The translations under genes were made by a program, and so were the position numbers. From Ignavibacteriota bacterium (GTDB taxonomy: Bacteria > Bacteroidota > Ignavibacteria > UBA10030 > UBA6906), in assembly GCA_963801355.1 (NCBI GenBank), contig CAWDEM010000007.1, forward strand, positions 1-35,452: a stretch of DNA of 35,452 nt, in the 5' to 3' direction. Positions 1-9,034 of the stretch are shown here, in pieces. The notes beneath the pieces are model-generated. The model did no database searches and was not told where the DNA came from. It worked only from the letters and a program-made list of their open reading frames with translations. How positions within the stretch are numbered: position 1 is the first letter of the stretch; each line of letters starts with the position of its first letter.

Positions 1-1285
1 ATCGGCTCGAACCGTTGGTCTCGGACACCCAACCGATGAGGAAGGTGGAGAGGATTCTGCCGAGACCCGCGCCGGTACCCGAGATACCGCTGACCGAGGC
101 GACCGAGCCGCTTGGGAAGAGGTCAGACGGCAGGACGAGAATCATTGTCGAGAAAGAAGCGTACGCAAACGTGGAGAAGCCGAAGAGGGCCGCAAGCGCA
201 AAGGGGCTGGAGACGAATGCCGTCGTGGAGAGCATCGCCATTCCCAGGCCGCCGAACCAGATCACGGCTTTGCGGGCCTTGCCGACGGACCACCCACGCC
301 GGATGAGCCAGCTCGACATCCCGCCTCCGAAGAGAAATTGCCGAGATCAGCCGCAAGGAAGGGGATCCAGAACACCAAAATTCCTTCCTCGATGGCAATG
401 CCCTTTGCCACTAGGAACACTGCGAACCAATCCGCGATGAAGAAGCCGACGGGATCAGTGAGAGACCGTCCGATGATCACTCCCCAGGTCGGGGGAAGGG
501 TCGGCGGTACATGCCAGCTCATCGTCGAAGCCTTCATCGAATCCCATAGGAATCATGTTGACCGTTCTGCCGGATCATGGCAAGTTCTTTTTCGCTGATA
601 CGGGGATGCTCCTCCGGCCGATGATACAGGAAACGCCACGCGATCGCCCAGATGAAGCCCAGGGTTCCTGTCAGCATGAACGCCAGCCGCAGCCCACCGA
701 ACGTTTGGTAAAGCCAGATGACCAGAAACGGCGCAATGGCCCGCCCGGCACGCGACAGGCGCTGAAAGGGCGGGGTCGCCGGCCCGCGCTCGCCCTCGTG
801 CAGATCGCTTCGCCGCCGCTGGCGTCGCACCAGGCCAGTTCCTCGTTTCGCCGCCCAGGAGGGAACAGAAGGTGCTAAGTTCTGCGAGTGCGCTCGCGCA
901 ACGATGCGCCGTTGCTGGAGATGGGATTGCCGAGAGCACAGTCAAGGACGGGCGCTTCCCGTCCCGATCCTGTCCAGAATCCTGCCCAGGGCCGCCTGGC
1001 CTATGGCGTGAGCAACCCGGAAGGAAATAACCACAAGCACGAAATCCTAATTGTTGAGATCATTCCTCTGAGGAACAGTCTAGGCCCGAGAGTCTGTGTG
1101 GATCCTGGAATGTAATGAATAACCTCCATCAAGAGTCAAAAAGCAATGGTGCAATCGCCATCGCCAGCGGCCTTCCTCGATTTCCTCTTCCCCCCCGGTA
1201 CCGGGTTGGTGCTGTCCCGCTTCGGGCTGTGAAGCGGCAGGTGGGGATCGTGGGGAGCCATCGGATACTTTCTGGCAGAACTCAT
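1..1285 (-). pseudogene. Frameshifted ExuT-like (ACS family) MFS sugar-acid transporter, running off the window start
   Basis: Successive - strand frames give ExuT-like segments in the right order: VVISFRVAHAIGQAALGRILDRIG (~1040-970), NWPGAT (~840-825), [75 protein letters not shown]...[12 protein letters not shown], then after a shift at ~332 [20 protein letters not shown]...LPSDLFPSGSVASVSGISGTGAGLG. There are multiple stops and frameshifts. Candidate ATG at 1285 follows GAGG. It may be a sequence-error artefact. Confidence 0.8.
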
Positions 1286-1374
1286 GGGTGCCTCTTGTCG
1301 AGGACGGTGGTACGAACACGGTTTGCTGAGCGCTCCGGCCGCCGGGATGACATGGATCTCGATGGGAAAGGCTT

Positions 1375-3168
1375 TCAGAGCCGGATCTGGCCAGCGATCG
1401 ATTTCCGGTCCCGCCCCGCCATCAGACGCACGTCGCCCGAATCTACGTGGAAGACCACCTCCCGCCGTGAACCGGCGATGCGTATCGTTCCGGCATCGGT
1501 CTGCCGGTATGTCATCCCGTTGTGGTCGATCACAGGCTCCACGATGGTAATCTCCGGCTGCGCATCACGATAGTGAAGAGTCACGGTCTTCCGGATGGAG
1601 GTGTCGGAAATCGTGTGATGCAGAGTATACCCGACCGCTCCGTTCAACCATGTGCTGTCTCTGAGTTCGCCGGTGGCGGACAAGGTGAAGACCGATGTGT
1701 CCTGGCGATGCGTTTCCAGGACAGCATCGTACTCAAACAGATTTGTGTAATAGCCGGTGGAATCCTCATACTCGATTCGTGGGGTAAGGCTTTTTAATTC
1801 CCCCATCACCGGAAAGCTCATCGGCTCCCATCGATAGTAGAATGTCTGGCTTGATGATTGGAGCGATCCGTGATCTTTCAGCCACAGATTTGATATGACG
1901 CCGCCCGTCGGCCGGTACATGTACTTGCTTCCCGACCGTTTGGCGTAGTCCTTGTAGCGGTACGCCGTCACGGTTGCCATGAAATTCTTTGTACGTACCT
2001 CGACGACGTCGAGTGTCGGAAAGAGCTTCATCCAGCCGGGCAGTTCGGTCGGAAGTGCTGCGGCAGGCCGTACGTCCCGCGTGTCCACCTCATAGGCAAG
2101 CGCCAGGTTCTTGGCTTTTGTGAAGGTCGGATATATGCAAGGATCCTTTGAGAAGATATCCCAATAGTGGGGTCCGTATCCGACCAGTCCATCCTTAACG
2201 TTCGTTCTCAGATAAGCGAGGTTCATGACCGCAGCAGATGCAAAGCGGGGATCGTCATCCGCGAACAAGGCAAAAAGTACCTGACAGCCATCGGAAGTTG
2301 CGCTTCCGTAGGTCGTCCACTTGTTGGAACGAATTCCCCAGGATCCATCCATGGAGCCGTCCGGATAGATGAAATACAGGTGATTGGCAAGCGATGTTCG
2401 CACCCGTTCCCTGACGCGTTCGTCGCCGGTAAGCCAGGCATAATACCCCAGGCCCCAGAGCGACATCTCCATATCGTATCCCAGGTCCACGCCCAACTTG
2501 TTTCCGAGGCGGCCCCGTCCGCCCTCCGCGCTGATAAATCCATCGCGATCCATCTTCGCTATGGTCCGGCGGGCGAGTTCTTTCGCCCTTCCCGAATAAT
2601 CGCTTTTGGGTATCAATGTGTATGTGGAAGCCAGGGATGCGGCAGTGGTGGCGCAATAGTTGATGCTGGCAAATTCCGGGGTCATCACTCTGGTGAGATA
2701 GTCGGCGGCCTTCTCGATCGAAGTCTTCCAGGCGATCCGTTGCCTCTCATTGAGCAGGCCGGACAGATGGCTGTACGCCAGCACCATCATCAGCAGTTGA
2801 TCGGTCGTGGTTCCGGTCCACTCTTCAGGAGTCTCCTTCCAGCTGCCGTCCTTCTGCTGCTGTTTGATCAGCCAATCACCGAGAGCAACGGCAGAGCGCG
2901 CATACTGTGCGTCTCCGGAGATGCGGGAGGCTACCGCAAATGGATAGAGTGCTTCTGCCGCACGAGTGTGGAGAACCCCGCAGTGATCGCATCGCAGAGC
3001 CCCGTAGTTTGCGTCCGCCTTGTCCGGGATCTGCCGGCTCAGTAGCGCAGGCACAAACTCCATCAACGTGGATGCAAGCTCTTTCCGCAGAGCGATATCA
3101 TGCGAGGATTGGGCGCATGCGGAAGCCGCGGAAACCAACAGGAGCAGAAGTAGTATACGCTGACGCAT
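1375..3168 (-). CDS. Secreted uncharacterised protein, predicted helical-barrel N-terminal region plus beta-rich C-terminal region (putative carbohydrate-active enzyme)
   Basis: 597 aa from ATG 3168 with signal peptide MRQRILLLLLLVSAASACA. It has a CDHCGVLHTR motif and helical-hairpin motifs (WLIKQQQKDGSW; YPDGSMDGSWG). The last ~8 codons may be frameshifted. Confidence 0.8.
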   Translation of the reverse strand: MRQRILLLLLLVSAASACAQSSHDIALRKELASTLMEFVPALLSRQIPDKADANYGALRCDHCGVLHTRAAEALYPFAVASRISGDAQYARSAVALGDWLIKQQQKDGSWKETPEEWTGTTTDQLLMMVLAYSHLSGLLNERQRIAWKTSIEKAADYLTRVMTPEFASINYCATTAASLASTYTLIPKSDYSGRAKELARRTIAKMDRDGFISAEGGRGRLGNKLGVDLGYDMEMSLWGLGYYAWLTGDERVRERVRTSLANHLYFIYPDGSMDGSWGIRSNKWTTYGSATSDGCQVLFALFADDDPRFASAAVMNLAYLRTNVKDGLVGYGPHYWDIFSKDPCIYPTFTKAKNLALAYEVDTRDVRPAAALPTELPGWMKLFPTLDVVEVRTKNFMATVTAYRYKDYAKRSGSKYMYRPTGGVISNLWLKDHGSLQSSSQTFYYRWEPMSFPVMGELKSLTPRIEYEDSTGYYTNLFEYDAVLETHRQDTSVFTLSATGELRDSTWLNGAVGYTLHHTISDTSIRKTVTLHYRDAQPEITIVEPVIDHNGMTYRQTDAGTIRIAGSRREVVFHVDSGDVRLMAGRDRKSIAGQIRL

Positions 3169-3228
3169 GAATGAACTCCCGTGCCATGGTTCACGTAAAC
3201 CGGCCATCAATTGCAGCAGACACACCAC

Positions 3229-4887
3229 CTATCGGAAATTTCCCTCCGAGACCACGCCCACACCGCGTTCCGCCGTGAAGTCCTTCGTGACGTTGCGAAA
3301 GAGATTCCCATGCAGGAAGATGTCCCGGGACCGGCTCCCGCGAACCTGCAAAAAGGTTTCTGTCCGTGATGCGGGCGCAGAATGCCGGATGGTAATGGCA
3401 CGCGAGTCTTCAACCGTGATGAATGCTTCGCTGAGGGAGTCCACATCCGCGCGAAGTCCGTCGACGATCCCGTTCTCCACGTCCACCAGGCGTACGACAG
3501 GACGCATGTCCCGCGTCTTGCAGTCGAGCGTCCAGTCTACTACAGAAATGCCGCGGGCATGACGGACGTACAGTCCGTATGCAGGCAACTTGTCCCATGC
3601 AGTGCTCTCGGGATAGATGTCCTCGAGTTCAGGCATTTCCTTTTCCGCATCCGCTGCAGTGCCACCGCCGGCATACGTGACACGGATGTTGCTCAGTCTG
3701 ACGTTTTCTACCGGATGACCCGGGATGCCGCTGACGGAGCATCCGATTGCCCCTGCATTGCTGACGATCAGATCGTGAACAGAAATATTTCGCACGACCC
3801 CGGCAGGCGGAACCGGGGCTGACGGCGTGTACTTCCTTGCACGGTTCCCGAGTCTCACATACACAGGTACCCGGGGTCCATCAATCGTGATATTCCCGAT
3901 AGTGATCCCTTCCATGATTCCCCCGTCGACCACCGCGAGGGTAATCCCGCTGATCCCCGCAGCATGTCCCGACAACACCGTATCGGCCATCGAGGGCTTC
4001 ACCACGATATTCGACACCGTGATGTTGCGGAATCCGCCGGTGGATTCGGTACCGCATTTGATGGCATTACAGTGACTGCTCAGGATGCAGTTGGTGATCG
4101 TGACATTCTCGGTCATAAGGGGTGAAGTGCTCTTAAGCGTGATAGCATCATCATCGGTATCCCCGATGCAGTCGGAGATCACGACATTCTTGCATCCGTC
4201 GATATCCATCATGTCGTTGTTCTTGTTGGCGTGGTTGTACACCCTGATCCCGTGGATGATCAGGTTGTCACACCCGAGGTAGTGTTGCATCCACATGGCG
4301 GAGTTCCGCATAGTGATCCCCTGGATGCGCACGGAAGTGCATCCCACGAAACGGAGAAGGTACGGCCGGTTCATGTAACGGTCCGGTCTGACCGTCGTTG
4401 TAACCTTGAACGCGCCTCCCTGACCATCGATTGCTCCTTCACCACGAATCGAGATATTCTCCGCTCTCTCAGCATAGAACAGGCTGTATTTCAAGAAGAC
4501 GTCATTGTACGAACGGAAAGCCGGAACGTGCTCTGCATAGTCCTTCAGGTCCTTGCTCCCCAGAATCACTGCTCCGGCTGCTATGTAGAGATCGACATTG
4601 CTTTTTAGGTCGATGGAGCCTGTCAGGAAATTCCCCGCAGGGACAAACACCGTCCCGCCCTGGCTTGCACAACGGTCGATAGCCGACTGAAGCGCCTTTG
4701 TATCCAGAGTGACGCCGTCCCCTACCGCCCCGAAATCCCGGACGTTGTATGAAATGCCGGATTGACTGGCGAGGGATGCTGCTCCGCAGAGCATGAGCAA
4801 TCCGGTCAGAAGCATCGCATTTCGAAGACGCGTTGTCATATTCATGCCGGTTGGATCGAGCTCCGAAAGAAGTGGCTGACGGATCAT
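3229..4887 (-). CDS. Glycoside hydrolase family 28-like (pectin lyase fold) secreted protein
   Basis: YNVRDFGAVGDGVTLDTKALQSAID N-terminal motif, NNDMMDIDGC, DTDDDAITLKS and NAIKCGTES, plus a signal peptide. The start is either 4887 (ATGA overlap with the upstream stop) or 4845/4839. Confidence 0.88.
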   Translation of the reverse strand: MIRQPLLSELDPTGMNMTTRLRNAMLLTGLLMLCGAASLASQSGISYNVRDFGAVGDGVTLDTKALQSAIDRCASQGGTVFVPAGNFLTGSIDLKSNVDLYIAAGAVILGSKDLKDYAEHVPAFRSYNDVFLKYSLFYAERAENISIRGEGAIDGQGGAFKVTTTVRPDRYMNRPYLLRFVGCTSVRIQGITMRNSAMWMQHYLGCDNLIIHGIRVYNHANKNNDMMDIDGCKNVVISDCIGDTDDDAITLKSTSPLMTENVTITNCILSSHCNAIKCGTESTGGFRNITVSNIVVKPSMADTVLSGHAAGISGITLAVVDGGIMEGITIGNITIDGPRVPVYVRLGNRARKYTPSAPVPPAGVVRNISVHDLIVSNAGAIGCSVSGIPGHPVENVRLSNIRVTYAGGGTAADAEKEMPELEDIYPESTAWDKLPAYGLYVRHARGISVVDWTLDCKTRDMRPVVRLVDVENGIVDGLRADVDSLSEAFITVEDSRAITIRHSAPASRTETFLQVRGSRSRDIFLHGNLFRNVTKDFTAERGVGVVSEGNFR

Positions 4888-7412
4888 GGGACCCGGGTCA
4901 TCACAATTTCTGTGAGGACTCCCGGAGGAAGCGTCAAGGGGACATGTTCACCTGGCGTTGTCACAGAGACGGTTGTCTTGACGATCCGGCCTTGTGATCG
5001 CAGTTCCAGCGTGTAGCGGCCACGTGCAAGCCGCCAGGGCCTCATGATCACCTTTGTATCCCCATCATTAAAGTTGAACGCATCCACAGTCAGGAGAGAT
5101 TCAGTCGAGGTTTTGGCGAGAATGGCCAGATGTTCGTTTGTCTCGCGCCATGACACGGCAAAGTAGGGGGAATTACCCTCGGGAGTGGCATCTCCGGAGA
5201 TCATGGCTTTGAGATGTTCTGTGCCCGGGATCCTGACCCGGTCTGTGTGCATCACCAGCGATGTCCGGAGGGGAGCATTGTAGCGAAGTGTCTCGAGCAG
5301 CTCAAGCAGTCCATCTTCGAGAGATTCCTCGCCCTTTGTGAGCTGGTATTTGAGATAGGGTGTACTCTGTTTCGCAATGAGGTCGTCGAAGGCGTCATTT
5401 CCCGTGAGCATCCGCCATTTCTGCACGGTCGACCAGAAGGCATTGTTGCGGAGCAAACATTCGGCTACCCATGGTTCGCTTCCCGGCTCGAAAGTGCGCT
5501 TGCTGAGGTCTTTCTGAGCGGCCAGCTGGTTCTTCACGAGCTGTAGAGTAAGTTCCATCGGGCGGAGCAGGGAATCGTTGCCGGTAAGACCGTATGTGAA
5601 CACCAGGTGGTCCAGAATGGTCCCGCCGCACCTGCTGGACCAGGAATAATAGTCCCACATCATGTTAGGCTCGTACCAAGTGGGTTCATCGCCGTTGATC
5701 GCTTCATCGGACCAGCGGATCGACGCCGGGACGATGCCTGACGGTTTTCCTTTGTCGGTACGGAGGGAGGCGGAGAGCCATGCACGCGCCCATTCATCGG
5801 TCAACCGGACATACCGTTCGTCGCGGGTTGCCCAGGCAAGGTAGCGCAACGGTTTCAGCGCGCGGGAGTTCATCTCCAGATCACGATTGCGGGGAGGACG
5901 TTCGTCGATGCCGGTTGCCCCGAGCCATGCCGACCTGAAGAAGCGGTGGCCGTATCTGTTCTTCGCAGACCAGAGGTGTTCGAAGTAATCGGGGGTGAAC
6001 ATCAATCGTTTCAGGTAGGTGGAGTCGTCGTCGACGAGCAGCAGCTCGGGGGTGGAATCTGAAATGAATTCAGCCGAATGCTCGACATCCCGCACATATT
6101 TTGAGTATCCATTGTGCACACGCGGATTAACCCAGACGGCATCGGCAAGTCGCTTCCACCCGCGTATGGTCGTCTCATCGCCGAACAACAACATGGGGAT
6201 CCACTCACGCAGGATTTCCACATCATCGTCGATCTTCCCTCCCAACTCACCGTTGGCGCCCTGGCGCGTGTTCACCCACCAATCGATCTCGAATGTGAGC
6301 CGGCTGATCGCCTCGCGCTCCAGCACTGCCCAGCGGGGGGCATTCGCCGGTGCAGGGAGATGGTCGCTGGGATCGGGGAGGTCCACCCGCCGTCCGTTCA
6401 GCATGGCCAGCCTACGATCCTCCGGGTACCGCCCCAGGAGCCAGCGGAGATCCTGGCGTCCGATTCTTGCCTGGTACCACCCTCCTCGTTCGAGCACCAG
6501 ATCATAACAGATTTTTCCCCTGACCCAGCGTGCGCGTTCGATGAGGGGATTCGTTTCCTGCGGGAAGTTCTCAATGTTCGCATCCAGCAGCATCAATGCC
6601 TCGTGCATGCGATCGAAGATCGATACTCCGGTGATCTGCGTGGCCCACTCCCATCCCTCCATGTTCCTGAGGCGCTCCGCTTCGGCCAGCAGTCCCATCT
6701 GCTGGTGCCAGTAGAACAGTCGTTCATCCGAGGGATTGTTTTTCAGTTCAATGGTCAATGCGCGGAAGAGTGCCTCGGACGAGACAGTAGACCCGTACTT
6801 CCCCGCATCCGTGATCAACCTGCCGGACTTCGAATCCGGGATAGGGGCACTGCCGTCCCCGGGTATGAATGTGCAACCGAGCAGCCGGACGGAATCCCGT
6901 ACGCCGCGCAATTCGAACGAAAGGCCGGGAGCGGTCAGAGCATAATTGAGGTGAATGACCCTGTAGACTGCAGAGGGTGCGGTCCGGCCTTCTTCGTCCG
7001 GTTTCAAGAAGTGCCATACCACCGGGTGGGGACTGCCATTGATGGTGAGGAGAGTAGTTGCAGAGTCCTCATACCCAACTTCCATCCAGAATGTGAACCA
7101 CCAATTACCTTTTGGGAGATCGATGCGAAAGCCGATAGTCTTCGCGGTCACTCCGTCGGAGGTCAAATCATCGCGCAGTGTTCCGTTGCGTTCCTTCTCT
7201 TTCGTGAATGTGGAGACCATGGGAGTGGTCCATCCGAATCCCCGGGACTCGCTGTACGTATCAGCCGCCGTGAGCGGAATTGAAAACCGGTCGACGGTGC
7301 CTCCTGCGGGACCTGCGTCAAACGCATAGGGCTTTGTTGTCAGTTCTGCAGCAAAGAGGGGAGGAAGGAGAAGTGTGAAGAGCAGAGCATAGAGAGAGAC
7401 CCGACTGCGCAT
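4884..7412 (-). CDS. Secreted 842-aa uncharacterised protein: N-terminal galactose-binding-like beta-sandwich plus predicted (alpha/alpha)-barrel
   Basis: Signal peptide MRSRVSLYALLFTLLLPPLFA at 7412, just downstream of a consensus promoter. YAFDAGP...TYSESRGFGW...FRIDLPKGNW resembles the accessory domain of YesT/YxiM-type esterases. It has an acidic motif WWVNTRQGANGELGGKIDDDVE and DVEHSAE. Confidence 0.8.
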   Translation of the reverse strand: MRSRVSLYALLFTLLLPPLFAAELTTKPYAFDAGPAGGTVDRFSIPLTAADTYSESRGFGWTTPMVSTFTKEKERNGTLRDDLTSDGVTAKTIGFRIDLPKGNWWFTFWMEVGYEDSATTLLTINGSPHPVVWHFLKPDEEGRTAPSAVYRVIHLNYALTAPGLSFELRGVRDSVRLLGCTFIPGDGSAPIPDSKSGRLITDAGKYGSTVSSEALFRALTIELKNNPSDERLFYWHQQMGLLAEAERLRNMEGWEWATQITGVSIFDRMHEALMLLDANIENFPQETNPLIERARWVRGKICYDLVLERGGWYQARIGRQDLRWLLGRYPEDRRLAMLNGRRVDLPDPSDHLPAPANAPRWAVLEREAISRLTFEIDWWVNTRQGANGELGGKIDDDVEILREWIPMLLFGDETTIRGWKRLADAVWVNPRVHNGYSKYVRDVEHSAEFISDSTPELLLVDDDSTYLKRLMFTPDYFEHLWSAKNRYGHRFFRSAWLGATGIDERPPRNRDLEMNSRALKPLRYLAWATRDERYVRLTDEWARAWLSASLRTDKGKPSGIVPASIRWSDEAINGDEPTWYEPNMMWDYYSWSSRCGGTILDHLVFTYGLTGNDSLLRPMELTLQLVKNQLAAQKDLSKRTFEPGSEPWVAECLLRNNAFWSTVQKWRMLTGNDAFDDLIAKQSTPYLKYQLTKGEESLEDGLLELLETLRYNAPLRTSLVMHTDRVRIPGTEHLKAMISGDATPEGNSPYFAVSWRETNEHLAILAKTSTESLLTVDAFNFNDGDTKVIMRPWRLARGRYTLELRSQGRIVKTTVSVTTPGEHVPLTLPPGVLTEIVMTRVP

Positions 7413-7444
7413 GTGCTTGAGCCTGTAGCCATGGTTAAAAGCTA

Positions 7445-7474
7445 AGTATACGCATTTCAGAAAGCGAATGTCAA
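7445..7474 (-). promoter_or_regulatory. Sigma70-type promoter for the leftward operon
   Basis: On the - strand TTGACA (7474-7469), N18, TATACT (7450-7445), about 32 nt upstream of ATG 7412. Confidence 0.7.
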
Positions 7475-7761
7475 GGTACACTCGCATGATCGCATCGCCC
7501 GCGTGATCGCGTCGCGATGGATGTCGTCGCAATCGCCATGAGTGCAGGGAACCCATCCAGCAGCACGAACGTTGAGAATAGCAAAATGAATTCCGAATCC
7601 GGCGACAGCAATTCCTCCGGGAAAGGTCTTCACAGGACTCGCATCCGGTGTGCACAGCATCCTGCGGGGTGCGAATGAAGAGAAGAAGTGAGGATGTCTC
7701 ATCCGGGATCGTATCCCTGAGAATGTACTCTAGGTATTTCCTGCGATCCCAAAAATAATCC

Positions 7762-7790
7762 TTGATTTTCTTTTAGCTTTGTAGTATGTT
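7762..7790 (+). promoter_or_regulatory. Sigma70-type promoter for the regulator/TBDR operon
   Basis: TTGATT (7762-7767), N17, TATGTT (7785-7790) in an AT-rich tract. Confidence 0.6.
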
Positions 7791-7793
7791 TCC

Positions 7794-7820
7794 CCTGGTT
7801 TACCAGGTATACCAGGTATA
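7794..7820. promoter_or_regulatory. Putative GntR-family operator (palindrome plus tandem repeat)
   Basis: CCTGGT-TT-ACCAGG inverted repeat (7794-7807) overlapping tandem TACCAGGTA x2 (7801-7818), immediately after the -10 box. It fits the GntR GT-Nx-AC pattern. Confidence 0.7.
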
Positions 7821-7858
7821 TCCCTCAGAGCTTTTCCGGATCGGTGGACGCGCAAAAC

Positions 7859-9034
7859 ATGCCAGTGGATCTAAAAAAACCGGCTCCTCTTTACTTGCAG
7901 ATCGCGGAAGACATTAGCACCAAGATCGGTTCCGGGACCTTTCACATCGGTGATCAACTCGGTTCGCAACAGGAGCTTTCCCGCGAGTACCGTGTGAGCC
8001 TGATGACGGTGAAGAAGGCGCTCGCACATCTGGCGCATCAAGGATGGATCTACAGCCGGGTGGGAAAGGGCTCTTATGTTGCGAGACAGACGCCCGAACC
8101 GCAACCGGTGATCCACCGCTCCATCGGCATCGTCCTCGAAAACCTCCGGAGTGCGTTCTTCTCCATGATTGTGCAGGCAGTCGAGGAAGCTGCTTACCGC
8201 GAGGGGTACAACGTCCTCGTCTCCGATTCTTCCGGACAAACGGAAAGGGAAGAGCAGCAGATACGGCATTTCCGAAAAATAGGCGTGAGCGGCCTCATCA
8301 TTGCGTCCCTACGCCACGTATACCATGCGACGCCCACCATCCAGATGTTGTATCGGGAAGGTTTTCCCTTCGTCATGGTCTCGTATATGGACGACCTTGA
8401 AATTCCGTTCGTGGGAACCGATCATGAAGAGGGTGCGTACTTGGCTGCAAGGCACCTCCTGGGAGAAGGCTACGAGCATATCGGCTACGTCAATGCCGAA
8501 CGGGGAAACCTTGTTGGCGACTTGCGGAAGAAGGGCTTCCTTCGGGCCCTCCACGAGGATGCGCGAGAACTGGACCCACGGTTTCACTTTCGAATTCAGG
8601 TCCATGGTGTCCGGGATTATTTCCAGGGCGGATACGAGGTCGGGCGCAGGTTTGTGCACACGACGGGTCAGCGTCCGGATGCGCTCTTTCTCTACAACGA
8701 TTCCTCTGCACTCGGTTTCGAAAAGGCGGTTCTCGAAGCGGGCCTCCGCATTCCGGAGGACATTGCGATCATAGGCTTCGACAACATCGAGCAGGGGGAG
8801 TATGCCGCGGTTCCCCTGACGACCATACAGCAGCCCACTGGACGCATCGGCGCTCAGGCCTTCGACGTCCTGATCCGAAAGATCGAAGGCAGGAAAGTGG
8901 AAACGCGCACCGTGTTCATGCCCGGGCTCGTGATCAGGAAGTCCTGCGGTTGCGGCGCTGCCACCACTCAAGCCGCGGACACGAGTGTACCCACCGACAC
9001 AAGACAACTTCAACACACTGCGCAGGAGTCGTGA
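7859..9034 (+). CDS. GntR-family transcriptional regulator with LacI-type sugar-binding domain (AraR-like architecture)
   Basis: wHTH PLYLQIAEDI...QQELSREYRVSLMTVKKAL...GKGSYV. The effector domain has IGIVLENLRSAFF and IPEDIAIIGFDN...PLTTIQQP. Confidence 0.93.
   Translation: MPVDLKKPAPLYLQIAEDISTKIGSGTFHIGDQLGSQQELSREYRVSLMTVKKALAHLAHQGWIYSRVGKGSYVARQTPEPQPVIHRSIGIVLENLRSAFFSMIVQAVEEAAYREGYNVLVSDSSGQTEREEQQIRHFRKIGVSGLIIASLRHVYHATPTIQMLYREGFPFVMVSYMDDLEIPFVGTDHEEGAYLAARHLLGEGYEHIGYVNAERGNLVGDLRKKGFLRALHEDARELDPRFHFRIQVHGVRDYFQGGYEVGRRFVHTTGQRPDALFLYNDSSALGFEKAVLEAGLRIPEDIAIIGFDNIEQGEYAAVPLTTIQQPTGRIGAQAFDVLIRKIEGRKVETRTVFMPGLVIRKSCGCGAATTQAADTSVPTDTRQLQHTAQES

Noticed and set aside
2975-2996. 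CDHC as a possible heme c binding site
   Set aside because: The motif is CxxCG, not CxxCH, so it is not a cytochrome c signature.
7481-7545. Repeated ATCGC/GTCGC pentamers in the divergent intergenic region
   Set aside because: Irregular low-complexity GC-rich sequence with no consistent period or clean stem.
7413-7655. N-terminal extension of the 923-aa ORF (Cys-rich MHTGCESC...)
   Set aside because: It spans the predicted promoter, and the signal peptide begins at 7412. Similar over-long starts were trimmed for ORFs at 3228, 8950, 21511 and 28295.
7774-7781. TAGCTTTG matching the Bacteroidia -7 promoter element
   Set aside because: There is no TTTG -33 element at suitable spacing, and the other promoters in the window are -35/-10 type.
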